From: Acidobacteriota bacterium
GTDB lineage: Bacteria; Acidobacteriota; Vicinamibacteria; Vicinamibacterales; SCN-69-37
Direction of reading: 5' to 3'
Assembly (NCBI GenBank): GCA_013203475.1
Contig: JABMNV010000137.1
Location: forward strand, 1 to 63,353
DNA: 63,353 nucleotides
Shown here piece by piece: positions 29,001 to 37,615 of this stretch. A program made the translations under genes and the position numbers. Numbering within the stretch: the stretch's first letter is position 1; each line of letters starts with the position of its first letter. The notes below the pieces were generated by a model that saw only the letters and a program-made list of their open reading frames with translations, was not told the origin of the DNA and made no database searches.

Positions 29001-29645
29001 GGTGGGGACGGCTGGGCGTACGACATCGGCTACGGCGGGCTTGACCATGTCTTGGCGTCCGGCAAGAACGTCAACGTGCTGGTGCTCGACACCGAGGTGT
29101 ATTCGAACACGGGGGGCCAGCAGTCCAAGGCCACGCCGATGGGGGCGTCAGCGAAGTTCGTAGCGTCAGGCAAGGCGACGAACAAGAAGGACCTGGCGCT
29201 GATGGCCATGGCCTACGGCACGGTGTATGTGGCGCGCGTGGCCTTTGGCGTTAAAAACGCGCGAACCGTGAAGGCGTTCCAAGAAGCCGAAAGCTACCCG
29301 GGGCCGTCGCTCATCATCGCTTACAGCCACTGTATTGCCCACGGCTACGACATGGCGCACGGCCTGGACCAGCAGAAACTTGCGGTCGAGACCGGTTACT
29401 GGCCGCTGTTCCGCTTTGACCCGCGGTTGGCCGTCGATGGAGACCCGGCGATGCAACTCGACTCGGGGTTGCCCAAGGGTGATATCGGCAAGTTCATGCG
29501 AAACGAATCCCGCTTCCGCGCTGTGGAGCAGATGTATCCGGACCGGTTCAGGGAACTGCTGGCAGGTGCGCAGGAACACGCGCACCAGCAGCACGCCTTG
29601 TACGCCCAACTGGCGGGCAAACCCGTGAAAGAGGCAAAGTCATGA
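26097..29645 (+). CDS. nifJ: Pyruvate:ferredoxin (flavodoxin) oxidoreductase, single-chain
   Basis: YPITP, EMQSEGG, TASQGLLLM, two CxxCxxCxxxCP, SGACAGCGE, GDGWAYDIG; SD gagg. Confidence 0.95.
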   Translation: MAHRWITVDGNEAAALVAHRTNEVIAIYPITPSSTMGELADEWSSKGQTNIWGQIPSVMEMQSEGGVAGAVHGALQAGALATTFTASQGLLLMIPNLYKIVGELTPFTMHVTARTIATHALSLLGDHSDVMACRQTGVEMLASNTVHEAHDFACIAQAATLASRLLFIHFFDGFRTSHEIARIEALEDDDLRAMLPEELIAAHRQRALSPDHPVLRGTAQNPDVFFQAREAANSFHIDGPAHVQAAMDRFAGLTSRHYKLFDYVGHPEAERVMVIMGSGAETAETFVEALAAKGERIGLIKVRLYRPFDVEAFIAAMPQTVKAIAVMDSTKEPGTIGDPLFGDIVAALNQDGRLHPKITGGRYGLASKEFTPAMVKAVFDELGKPTPKAHFTVGINDDVTRLSLEVDPEFSIEKPDTVRAVFFGLGADGTVGANKHSIKIIGEDTPNFAQGFFVYDSTKSGAVTISHLRFGPRPIRAPYLIRQASFVACHQFDFLDKYDVLGYAQPGAVLLINAPYPTEEVWDELSVEVQQAIITKGIRLYVIDGYTVARHADMGNRINTIMQVCFFAISGVLPRDEAIIHIKEAIKKTYGKRGDLVVQANFAAVDAALAQLHEITVPAAASSLRHPAPIVSADAPDFIQRVTAMMMSNQGDLLPVSAFPVDGTWPSGTAKWEKRSIATEIPVWDEGLCIQCNKCALVCPHAAIRAKLATPEALGDRPETFKAVPFKGNDHAGMEYIIQVAPDDCTGCSLCVMVCPAKDKSNPKHKALDLHPQRPLREAERENYAFFLDLPEVDRNTVKSDAKSTQFLEPLFEYSGACAGCGETPYIKLLTQLYGDHLLIADASGCSSIYGGNLPTTPYTINRDGRGPGWSNSLFEDNAEFGLGMRLAADSQAGESRRLLQVLADRSAIPADLAEAVLAADQSTAAGLNAQRERIVTLKGLLREMSDPEAKRLLVLADALAKKTVWIVGGDGWAYDIGYGGLDHVLASGKNVNVLVLDTEVYSNTGGQQSKATPMGASAKFVASGKATNKKDLALMAMAYGTVYVARVAFGVKNARTVKAFQEAESYPGPSLIIAYSHCIAHGYDMAHGLDQQKLAVETGYWPLFRFDPRLAVDGDPAMQLDSGLPKGDIGKFMRNESRFRAVEQMYPDRFRELLAGAQEHAHQQHALYAQLAGKPVKEAKS

Positions 29646-30248
29646 TGGACCTCACCACCACCTACCTCGGTTTCACGCTGCCCCACCCGTTGATTCCTGG
29701 GGCGTCGCCGCTGTCCGCCGACCTTGGGACAATCAAGCGCCTGGAAGACGCTGGCGCGCCCGCCATTATCCTGCCGTCACTCTTCGAGGAACAGATCACG
29801 GCCGACGAACTCGGCAGCACGCAGCACATGCTCGCGCATGACGACTCTCACGCCGAGGCGGCGTCGTACTTCCCGCTCGCCGACGACTACGCCATGGGGC
29901 CTGACCGATACCTGGAGCACGTGCGCCGTGTCCGCGACGCGGTCGGCGTGCCCGTGATTGGCTCTCTCAACGGCACCACAGCCCACCGGCGGCGTTCACA
30001 CCGGGATCGACGCTATCAAGGCTGTAATGTCGGGCGCCCACTCTGTCCAGATGGTGTCCGCACTGCTCAATCACGGCCCCATCCGTCTCGCGAAGGTCAA
30101 GCGTGAGATGTCGCACTGGCTTGAAGAGCGCGAGTACGAGTCGCTCGCGCAGGCTCTGGGCAGCATGAGTCTGGCGCGGTGTCCGGACCCGGAAGCATTC
30201 GAGCGCGGGAACTACATGAAGGTACTGCCGACCTGGAAGGCGCGGTAG
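29642..30248 (+). pseudogene. Dihydroorotate dehydrogenase-like protein (usual PFOR partner), central deletion
   Basis: MDLTTTYLGFTLPHPL...SLFEEQI...IGSLNGTT, then out-of-frame jump near 29980 to TGGVHTGIDAIKAVMSGA...PEAFERGNYMKVL. About 200 codons remain versus about 330 typical. Confidence 0.85.
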
Positions 30249-30252
30249 GCGA

Positions 30253-30654
30253 CTATCGCTGCTTTCGCGGCTGACGCTCCTGGAGTTGGGAGATGCGGGC
30301 AAGCGCCCCAAAGTCGCGACCGTTGTGAAGGACAGTGAGGTCGTGCCTAGTCGCACATGCGGCGATGAGACAGTCGACGCCGGAGCGAATCGTCAAGCCC
30401 GCTCGACGGGCGCACCGATACAGGTTGACCGCCTCATCGATGACGACAGGCGTCAGCGGTGACTCAACAACGGGGAACGACCACATGGCCGTGTGGGCCC
30501 TCCGATAGTGCTCCTCGAGGTCGAACACCTGCAGCACCTCCTGCACCACCGGCAGGCACGTCACCACGTCGTCCAGATCGACTTCTGATTCCAGTTGAAG
30601 CGGCCGAGTTCGACGGAAGGTCTGAATCCAGACCGACGTATCAACGAGAACCAC
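30253..30654 (-). CDS. vapC: VapC PIN toxin, probably impaired
   Basis: VLVDTSVWI, QEVLQV, VDCLIAA, HNGRDF (usual HxDRDF). Confidence 0.85.
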   Translation of the reverse strand: MVLVDTSVWIQTFRRTRPLQLESEVDLDDVVTCLPVVQEVLQVFDLEEHYRRAHTAMWSFPVVESPLTPVVIDEAVNLYRCARRAGLTIRSGVDCLIAACATRHDLTVLHNGRDFGALARISQLQERQPRKQR

Positions 30655-30870
30655 GGGTCTTGGTCCCATAGGTCGGGCGCTGCTCGCGCATCGACGTCAC
30701 GTCTCCGTGCCAGCCCCCGGTCCGGGTCAGATCGAGAATGGTGCGAGCCTTCGCGCGACGGACGAATTCCGTCAGGGCACGTTCGACCGTCTTCGAGTAG
30801 GTCCGCTCCCTGCCATTCGGTGCGCTTCGAGCAGCACTGACTCAGTCAGCACAAGATTTGTGCGTTTCAT
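30641..30870 (-). pseudogene. vapB: VapB (DUF2191-type) antitoxin, frameshifted at 30808-30810
   Basis: MKRTNLVLTESVLLEAHRMAG, then other frame (E)RTYSKTVERALTEFVRRAKARTILDL..GGWHGDVTSMR..GSR*. As written it stops at 30772. Not in the ORF track. Confidence 0.8.
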
Positions 30871-30983
30871 GTGTTTCATGTGCCATCCCACGACCTACCG
30901 CGTCAAGGTTTCTCATACTTGGGGTGGTATCTGGCGGTCAAGTGCTATACCGTAGCGCGGCACTTCTTCGAAGGGACATTGTC

Positions 30984-31886
30984 ATGAAGCGATCGATCTC
31001 CATCGTCATCAGCGCCCTGTTCGTGGCCGGCGCGTGAACCTCTGTTTCGGGACTACAGAATCCGCGTGTCGTCGTGATCGGTCCTCCGGCACCGGTACCG
31101 TTGGCGGTCGCCATTCCGCGTCCAAGCCCTGCCGAACTGGCACAGGTCAACGACGCGGTGAAGCAGTTCATCGATTCGAACACGTCGTCGGCCCAGTCGC
31201 TGTTGAAGAAATTCGAGTCACTACTACTCCTTCGGCTGCAACCGCTCAACGTCGCTGCCACGTTCACGCAAAGCCTTCAGCGACAGGGTCCCCGACATCT
31301 GGGCTTTGTGGAAACCGCACAGCAAGGCGATATCGACCTGCTGCTGCACGGCGATTCCATTACCGACTGGTGGGTGCAGGGCGACGCGAACAAGGCGATG
31401 TTCGACAAGTACTTCAGCAGCATCCGCACGGCCAACTTCGCCATGGCTGGCGATACCACACAGGGCGTGCTTTGGGGCCTGAAGAACGGTGAAGGCCAGG
31501 GCTTTCAGCCAAAGGCTGTCATGCTGATGATTGGCACCAATAACAGCCGGGTCAACACCGCGCCGGAGATCGCTGAGGGCATTGGCGCGGTCGTGCTGGA
31601 ACTACGCCGACACTTTCCTGACGCGAACATCCTTCTGCTCGCGATCTTTCCCCGCAGCGTCCCCGGCGATCCAGTGCGCGACAAGATCACCAACGTGAAC
31701 ACACTGATTGCGCGGCTCGACGATCAGAAGCGCGTGTTTTACATGGACATCGGTTCGGCGTTTCTCGACGACCGGGGTTACTTCCTCCCGGACACGTTCC
31801 GGCCCGACAACCTGCACCCGGTCGCCATGGGCTACGACATCTGGGGCAATGCGGCCAGCGCGACGCTCGCAGAGTTATTGAAATAG
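30984..31886 (+). pseudogene. Exported GDSL/SGNH hydrolase with in-frame TGA at 31035-31037
   Basis: SD aaggga; MKRSISIVISALFVAGA*TSVSG... is in frame with GDSIT, AGDTTQ, IGTNN, DNLHP. Confidence 0.8.
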
Positions 31887-31892
31887 AGCACG

Positions 31893-32897
31893 TCAGACCT
31901 TCTCCCACTGACCTGTTTCGGCCGACCTGAAGACGGCCTCGATAACCATCATGTTGGCGACCGACATCTCAAGCGGGTACGCGACATCGGTATCTTCGAG
32001 GATGGCCTGAGAGAAGAGGTCGCCCTGGATTTGATACTGATCGCAGGTGGGTATCTCGATCGTTTCGACATCGCGGCCCTGCAGGTCGCCAGTCGCGTCC
32101 ACCCTGAGTCGACACGGACGGTCGGGTGGTGCATTGAACGGAATCTCCACCTCAAGTCGCCCCTTCGTTCCAAAAAGTTGCACACGTTGATAGGGCGCCA
32201 TCTGAGTGCCGCACACGCCGGTGGCCTGGCCTGACGGGAAATCGAGCACCATCGAGGTGAGCGTGTCGACGCCTGAGGTGGGATCCCGATCGATGAGTCC
32301 CAGCACCCGGGTCGGCTCTTCGCCAAACACCATGCGCGATGTGACGATCAGGTAACAACCGATGTCCATCAGGGCACCGCCTCCCCAAGCCGCGACGTTT
32401 CGAATGTTGTCGGGGTCATCGTTGAAATAGCTGAACGTGCCCACGTATGACCGAAGCTCGCCCAGTTGGCCCGAGCGACACATATCAATCGTGCGCAACC
32501 ACTGTGGATGTGTGCGCACCATGAACGCCTCTTGGATTTTGACGCCGGTGCGGTCGCGCACGGCGATTAGTGCTCGTGCCTCGTCGGCGGTCAATCCGAT
32601 CGGCTTTTCGCAGAGTACGTGTTTTCCGGCCTCTGCTGCCGCACGTGTCCACGGTTCGTGCAGATGATTGGGCAACGGATTATAGACGGCGTCGATTGTC
32701 GGGTCAGCCAGGAGCGCCTCGTAGGAGCCATAGGCCTTCTCGATCCCCAACGCATCGGCCGCCGTCTGAGCCTTCGTGATGTCACGCGACGCAATGGCCA
32801 CGACGTCGGTCAACCTGCCCGCCTGCATCGCGGGAATGACCTTCTCCACCGCAATAGACGCCGCGCCCAGCACTCCCCACCTGATCTGTTTCGGCAT
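31893..32897 (-). CDS. Gfo/Idh/MocA oxidoreductase
   Basis: RWGVLGAASIA, HVLCEKP, GGALMDIGCY. Confidence 0.9.
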   Translation of the reverse strand: MPKQIRWGVLGAASIAVEKVIPAMQAGRLTDVVAIASRDITKAQTAADALGIEKAYGSYEALLADPTIDAVYNPLPNHLHEPWTRAAAEAGKHVLCEKPIGLTADEARALIAVRDRTGVKIQEAFMVRTHPQWLRTIDMCRSGQLGELRSYVGTFSYFNDDPDNIRNVAAWGGGALMDIGCYLIVTSRMVFGEEPTRVLGLIDRDPTSGVDTLTSMVLDFPSGQATGVCGTQMAPYQRVQLFGTKGRLEVEIPFNAPPDRPCRLRVDATGDLQGRDVETIEIPTCDQYQIQGDLFSQAILEDTDVAYPLEMSVANMMVIEAVFRSAETGQWEKV

Positions 32898-32982
32898 CGC
32901 TCTCCCTAACCCCACGGATTCTCACATATCAGCGCGAGTCTGGTAGGCTTCGCCCCTCAGACTGTTATTACGGGAGGATACA

Positions 32983-33456
32983 GTGATTCGAACAGTGCTC
33001 ACGCTCGGAGTGTTATTGCTGACAATCGGAGGAACGGGTCGGGCGCAGACCCAATTGCCGACCAAACGTGTGCTGACCCTCGAGGCGGCGCGGATGGTGG
33101 CTGCGGCCGCTGAGGCCGAGGCCCGCAAAAACAATTGGGCAGTGTCTATCGCCGTCCTCGACGACAGCGGGCAACTGGTACTGTTCCAGCGACTGGACGG
33201 CACCAAGCTGGTGGCCACCGATATCGCCATCCGCAAGGCTCGTACTGCCGTCTACTTCCAGGGGCCGACAAAGGACCTCGAGGAAGCGGTGGCAGGTGGA
33301 CGGACGACACTGCTTCCGATTGACGGATTCATGCCGCTGCAGGGTGGCGTGCCCCTGATCTCGGGCGGCCAGTTGGTGGGCGCCATCGGTGTCAGCGGCG
33401 TCACCGGCGAACAAGACGCCCAGTGCGCCCTGGTGGGCGCGGCCATGATCAAATAA
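32983..33456 (+). CDS. GlcG/HbpS-family heme-binding protein, exported
   Basis: SIAVLDDSG, AIRKARTA, GGVPL, GAIGVSG..D; SD ggagg. Confidence 0.88.
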   Translation: MIRTVLTLGVLLLTIGGTGRAQTQLPTKRVLTLEAARMVAAAAEAEARKNNWAVSIAVLDDSGQLVLFQRLDGTKLVATDIAIRKARTAVYFQGPTKDLEEAVAGGRTTLLPIDGFMPLQGGVPLISGGQLVGAIGVSGVTGEQDAQCALVGAAMIK

Positions 33457-33462
33457 GTCAAC

Positions 33463-34923
33463 CTACGCCAGGATCTCGCGAATGACCTTGCCGTGGACGT
33501 CGGTCAGCCGCATGTCGCGACCGTTGAACCGGTAGGTGGACTTTTCGAAGTCAATACCCAGCAAGTGCTGAATGGTCGCGTGCAGTTCGTACACTGACTT
33601 GGCGTTGTCAACAGCCTGGTAGCCATACTGATCGGTCGCCCCCACCACCGTGCCGCCCTTGACGCCGCCGCCAGCGAGCCACACGCTGAACCCTTTGTTG
33701 TTGTGGTCGCGCCCATCCATACGTTCCGAGATCGGCAGGCGTCCAAACTCGCCGTGCCAGACGATGAGCGTGTCGTCGAACATGCCTCGGCTCTTGAGGT
33801 CCTTGATCAATCCGGCCAGGGGTTTGTCGGTCTCGGCGCAGTGGAGGCCGTGGTTCCCTTTCAGATCCCAATGCGCATCCCAGCTCGGCTCGAAATTGCC
33901 ACCGCCAGAAAAAATCTGCACATACCGCACGCCACGCTCAACCAGGCGTCGGGCCATGAGTGCCTGTCGCCCAAAATAATCCGTCGGCTCGACACCGACG
34001 CCATAGAGCCGCTTGGTCGCCTCAGTCTCCTGCCCCAGGTCGATCGCTTCGGGGGCGTGAGTCTGCATGCGAAACGCCAACTCGTACGAAAACACGCGCG
34101 CCGACAACTCAGTGTCGAGCGGATGCAGGTCGCCATGCTTCTCGTTCAACTCGTGCAACATCGTCAACCATCGGCGCTGCGCACCGTCCGTACGACCACC
34201 CGGCGGCTTCAGGTCAACGATGGGTGAGCCGGTGTCGCGAAACTGAGTCCCCTGATACGCCGCCGGGAGATAGCCGTTCGACCAGTTGGGTGGGCCGTTG
34301 ATCGGACCACCACGGTGATCGGTAAACACGATGAATCCTGGCAGGTTTTCGTTTTCACTACCCAGCCCGTAGGTGACCCAACTGCCGACACTTGGGCTGC
34401 CTGCCAGAATGGTGCCCGTGTTCATCTGGAACAGGGCCGGGCCATGGGCAGGACTGATCCCGTACATCGAACGGATCAAGGCAATGTCGTCAACGTGCTC
34501 GGCCATGTGCGGAAAGAGTTCAGAGACCTCCATCCCCGACTGACCGTGTTTCTTGAACTTCCAGGGCGACGGCATCAATCCGCCGGGATTCCCCATGATG
34601 GTTCGCACCTCACCCACCCCCTGCATCGTCTCGCCCTGCCACTTGAGCAGGTCGGGTTTGGGGTCCCACGTGTCGAGGTGGCTGACGCCTCCGTAGCAAA
34701 AGATCGAAATAACGGCCTTGGCCTTGGCCGGCAGCGCTGGGGGCTTTGGTGCGAGCGGATTACGGGGCTGCTGCGCGTCCAGAACAGCGCCCAGTCCGTT
34801 CTGGTTCAGCAGGTCGGCAAACGCCAGACCTGCGATGCCGCCACCGAGCCGTCCCAGAAGTTCGCGCCGCGACCAGAGTAGCTTCTCGTAGTGACCGCAC
34901 CCGTGATGGTGGTGGTGACTCAT
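33463..34923 (-). CDS. DUF1501 domain protein (Tat-like signal)
   Basis: SRRELL, GGVSHLDTWDPKP, ARRLVERGVRYVQ, WDAH, GEFGRLP, GRDHN. Confidence 0.9.
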   Translation of the reverse strand: MSHHHHHGCGHYEKLLWSRRELLGRLGGGIAGLAFADLLNQNGLGAVLDAQQPRNPLAPKPPALPAKAKAVISIFCYGGVSHLDTWDPKPDLLKWQGETMQGVGEVRTIMGNPGGLMPSPWKFKKHGQSGMEVSELFPHMAEHVDDIALIRSMYGISPAHGPALFQMNTGTILAGSPSVGSWVTYGLGSENENLPGFIVFTDHRGGPINGPPNWSNGYLPAAYQGTQFRDTGSPIVDLKPPGGRTDGAQRRWLTMLHELNEKHGDLHPLDTELSARVFSYELAFRMQTHAPEAIDLGQETEATKRLYGVGVEPTDYFGRQALMARRLVERGVRYVQIFSGGGNFEPSWDAHWDLKGNHGLHCAETDKPLAGLIKDLKSRGMFDDTLIVWHGEFGRLPISERMDGRDHNNKGFSVWLAGGGVKGGTVVGATDQYGYQAVDNAKSVYELHATIQHLLGIDFEKSTYRFNGRDMRLTDVHGKVIREILA

Positions 34924-34934
34924 TCGGACAACTC

Positions 34935-37556
34935 CTAAGGGCGGTAGAGAAACTCGTTGAGGTTGAACAGGATGTGGCAGAACTCGGCGAGTCCGTCGGG
35001 GCTTTCGGCGATAAATGCTGCGCCACGCTCCAGTTCGATTCGATCAGCCGGGCGTCCCAAGGCCAGCCGCACGGCTCGGCGCACCTGCTCGGTCGGGTCA
35101 GCCCCGGCCTCAGCGCGCACGCGCTCCGCGAACTTTCCGGCCTGGAACAACACCATCTGGTTGTTCATCAGAATCAGCGCTTGCGGCGCAATGGTCGTGC
35201 GATTGCGTCGGTCGATCGAGTTCACCAGATTCGGCTGGTCGAAGGTCTCGAACATCGGATACCGAATGCTCCGCTTCGAGAACACGTACAGGCTGCGTCG
35301 CCACGTAGACGGATCGGAATCTGGTTTGCCGTTCCAGTCACGCTTCGAGCTCTTCTCGAACAGGTCCGGATCGATGTACGGAAAGATCGAGGGTCCACCC
35401 ACGGCGGTGTCGAGTGTTCCTGCCGACGCGAGAATGGTGTCGCGAATGATCTCGGCCTCGAGCCGTACCCGAGGCATCCGCCAGAACATGCGGTTCTCAG
35501 GATCGATCGCGTAGTTGGCCGTCGTATCCATGCTGGCCATCTGGTAGGTCTGCGACGTCAACATCAGCCGATGCATCGCCTTCATGCTCCAGCCCTGTTC
35601 CATGAACTCGACGGCCAGCCAATCGAGCAAGTCCGGATGCGACGGCGCCTGCCCCATTTTGCCGAAGCTGCTGGGCGTGCGAACAATGCCCTCGCCGAAA
35701 TGGTGCTGCCACAGCCGGTTCACCATGACGCGGGCCGTCAGCGGATTGTCTCTGGACACCAGCCACTCGGCGAATCCCCGGCGGCGCCAACTCGACTTCG
35801 CGTCGGGAGGCGGATCTGGGAACGTCCACTCCGATCGCGTAGCCACCGACAGGACGCCAGGCGTCATCGCCGACCCCTTGGCATCGGGACTCCCCCGGTG
35901 CAGGAAATAGACGGGCTCGGGAGTTCGACCTCGCTCACTGATCGCTCGCGCCGAGGGTACGCGCCCTGGCTTCTGCCGATCGAGGGCCGTGATCTCGGCC
36001 GTGACCGCCGCGTGTTGCACCTTCACCTCGTCTGGCATCAGCGCGACCACATCGGCTTCGGTGATTAGTTTCCGGAGCGACGTGAGGCCGACCGTGTCTT
36101 CGATTTGCTTGACGTTGAGACGCTGCCCTTCCGTGCGCTGATCCGCCGGCGTGTCCCAGGCGAGTCGCAGGTAGGGCGGCAGTTTCTCAATTTCGAGATC
36201 GATCAGAATCTGGTGATAGGGCTGCTCGATTTCAGACTTTCTGTCGCGCAGGGGTTTCTGTAAGTCGTCGATCCGGCGTGTGTCGGCGCGATTCGCCTCA
36301 ACCTCGTGCGAAGGCACCAACGGGTGCGAGTAGGCGCTGGTCGGGTAAAAAATCGACTGAATCTGGTAGTAGTCCTTCTGCGGAATCGGATCAAATTTGT
36401 GGTTATGGCACCGCGCGCAGCCGACGGTCATGCCCAGGTAGGTCAGCGTCGTCGTGACCACGAGATCGTCCACGGCGTCGAGTCGATTCCCCCCGCCCTC
36501 AGGCCCCAGACGAAGGAACCCGGTTGCGATCATGGCTTCGTCAGACTCTGGAGCAATCTCGTCACCAGCCAGTTGCTCTTTGACAAAGGTGTCGTACGGC
36601 TTATCGTTGTTGAACGCGTTGATCAGATAGTCGCGATACCGGTACATCTCGGGGCGATCGGTGTCGAACTCGTACCCTCCCGAATCAGCGTATCGGGCCA
36701 GATCCATCCAGTGGCGCGCCCAGCGCTCACCGTAGTGGGGCGATGCCAATAAGCGATCGACCAGCTTCGACCACGCGTCGGGCGATGAATCATTCACAAA
36801 CGCCTCTGACTCTTCCGGCGTGGGCGGAAGCCCGAGCACGTCGAGGTAGGCCCGGCGGACCAGCGTACGCCGGTCGGCCGGCACGACTGGCGTCAGTCCC
36901 CGGGCGGTCATGGCGTCGAGGATGAACCCGTCAATCGGATTAGCCGGACGACCTGGAGCGCTCGACCATCCGTCGCGCGTCACCGAGGGCACCGGACGTT
37001 GCACTGGTGTCGTGAACGCCCAGTACTCCCGCTCGTCCTCGGTAATGGGGCGCTCTTCGCGCGCACGCAGCGCCTCGGTATCGGTTTTTGCCTCGACATT
37101 GGCTGCGGGCACTGTGGCCCACGACGCCCCGGCTTCGATCCATTGACGCACCAGAATCAGGGTTGAGGCCGGAAGTTGATCTTTGTCTTTGGGCATCTTC
37201 AAGTCGCTGTCATGCATCAGCGTCTTGAGGAGCAGGCTCGCACCAGGGTCGTGGGCGACGACGGCTCGTCCGGAGAATCCGCCTTTCTGCAAACCTGCGT
37301 CGGTGCGCAGATCCAGACCACCATCTCTTGGTTCACCATGGCACTCGATGCAGTGCCTTTGGAATGTCTCAAACACCTGGAGCGCGAGTTGATCCGGAGC
37401 CAGTGTCTGATCAGCCTGGTCTTGCGGGCCGAGCGCGACGGGCGCGACAGGCCCAACGACTGACGCGCGAACGCTGATCGCTGCGCCCCAGCCGATCGCA
37501 AGGGCGAGGCCGACAGCTACAGTTCCAGCTGCGCGGGATTCCCGTCGTTGGTGCAT
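34935..37556 (-). CDS. Planctomycete cytochrome c plus DUF1549/DUF1553 (PSD1) protein
   Basis: CIECH, WAF, LLASPHYGERWARHWMDLARYADS, CARCHNHKFDPI, NPLTARVMVNRLWQHHFG, NLNEFLY; SD aggag before ATG 37556. Confidence 0.9.
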   Translation of the reverse strand: MHQRRESRAAGTVAVGLALAIGWGAAISVRASVVGPVAPVALGPQDQADQTLAPDQLALQVFETFQRHCIECHGEPRDGGLDLRTDAGLQKGGFSGRAVVAHDPGASLLLKTLMHDSDLKMPKDKDQLPASTLILVRQWIEAGASWATVPAANVEAKTDTEALRAREERPITEDEREYWAFTTPVQRPVPSVTRDGWSSAPGRPANPIDGFILDAMTARGLTPVVPADRRTLVRRAYLDVLGLPPTPEESEAFVNDSSPDAWSKLVDRLLASPHYGERWARHWMDLARYADSGGYEFDTDRPEMYRYRDYLINAFNNDKPYDTFVKEQLAGDEIAPESDEAMIATGFLRLGPEGGGNRLDAVDDLVVTTTLTYLGMTVGCARCHNHKFDPIPQKDYYQIQSIFYPTSAYSHPLVPSHEVEANRADTRRIDDLQKPLRDRKSEIEQPYHQILIDLEIEKLPPYLRLAWDTPADQRTEGQRLNVKQIEDTVGLTSLRKLITEADVVALMPDEVKVQHAAVTAEITALDRQKPGRVPSARAISERGRTPEPVYFLHRGSPDAKGSAMTPGVLSVATRSEWTFPDPPPDAKSSWRRRGFAEWLVSRDNPLTARVMVNRLWQHHFGEGIVRTPSSFGKMGQAPSHPDLLDWLAVEFMEQGWSMKAMHRLMLTSQTYQMASMDTTANYAIDPENRMFWRMPRVRLEAEIIRDTILASAGTLDTAVGGPSIFPYIDPDLFEKSSKRDWNGKPDSDPSTWRRSLYVFSKRSIRYPMFETFDQPNLVNSIDRRNRTTIAPQALILMNNQMVLFQAGKFAERVRAEAGADPTEQVRRAVRLALGRPADRIELERGAAFIAESPDGLAEFCHILFNLNEFLYRP

Positions 37557-37615
37557 GCTCCGCTTCTCCTGCCTGAGTAGATTCGTGCCGATCGTGGCCC
37601 AGCGAGACCGAAGAG

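Noticed and set aside
31035-31037. Selenocysteine or alternative genetic code
   Set aside because: The TGA lies in a signal peptide, not a redox site, and TGA is a normal stop throughout the window.
34746-36068. Long antisense ORFs (also 5683-6621, 53466-54761, 56000-56932)
   Set aside because: Expected shadows of GC-rich genes; no motifs.
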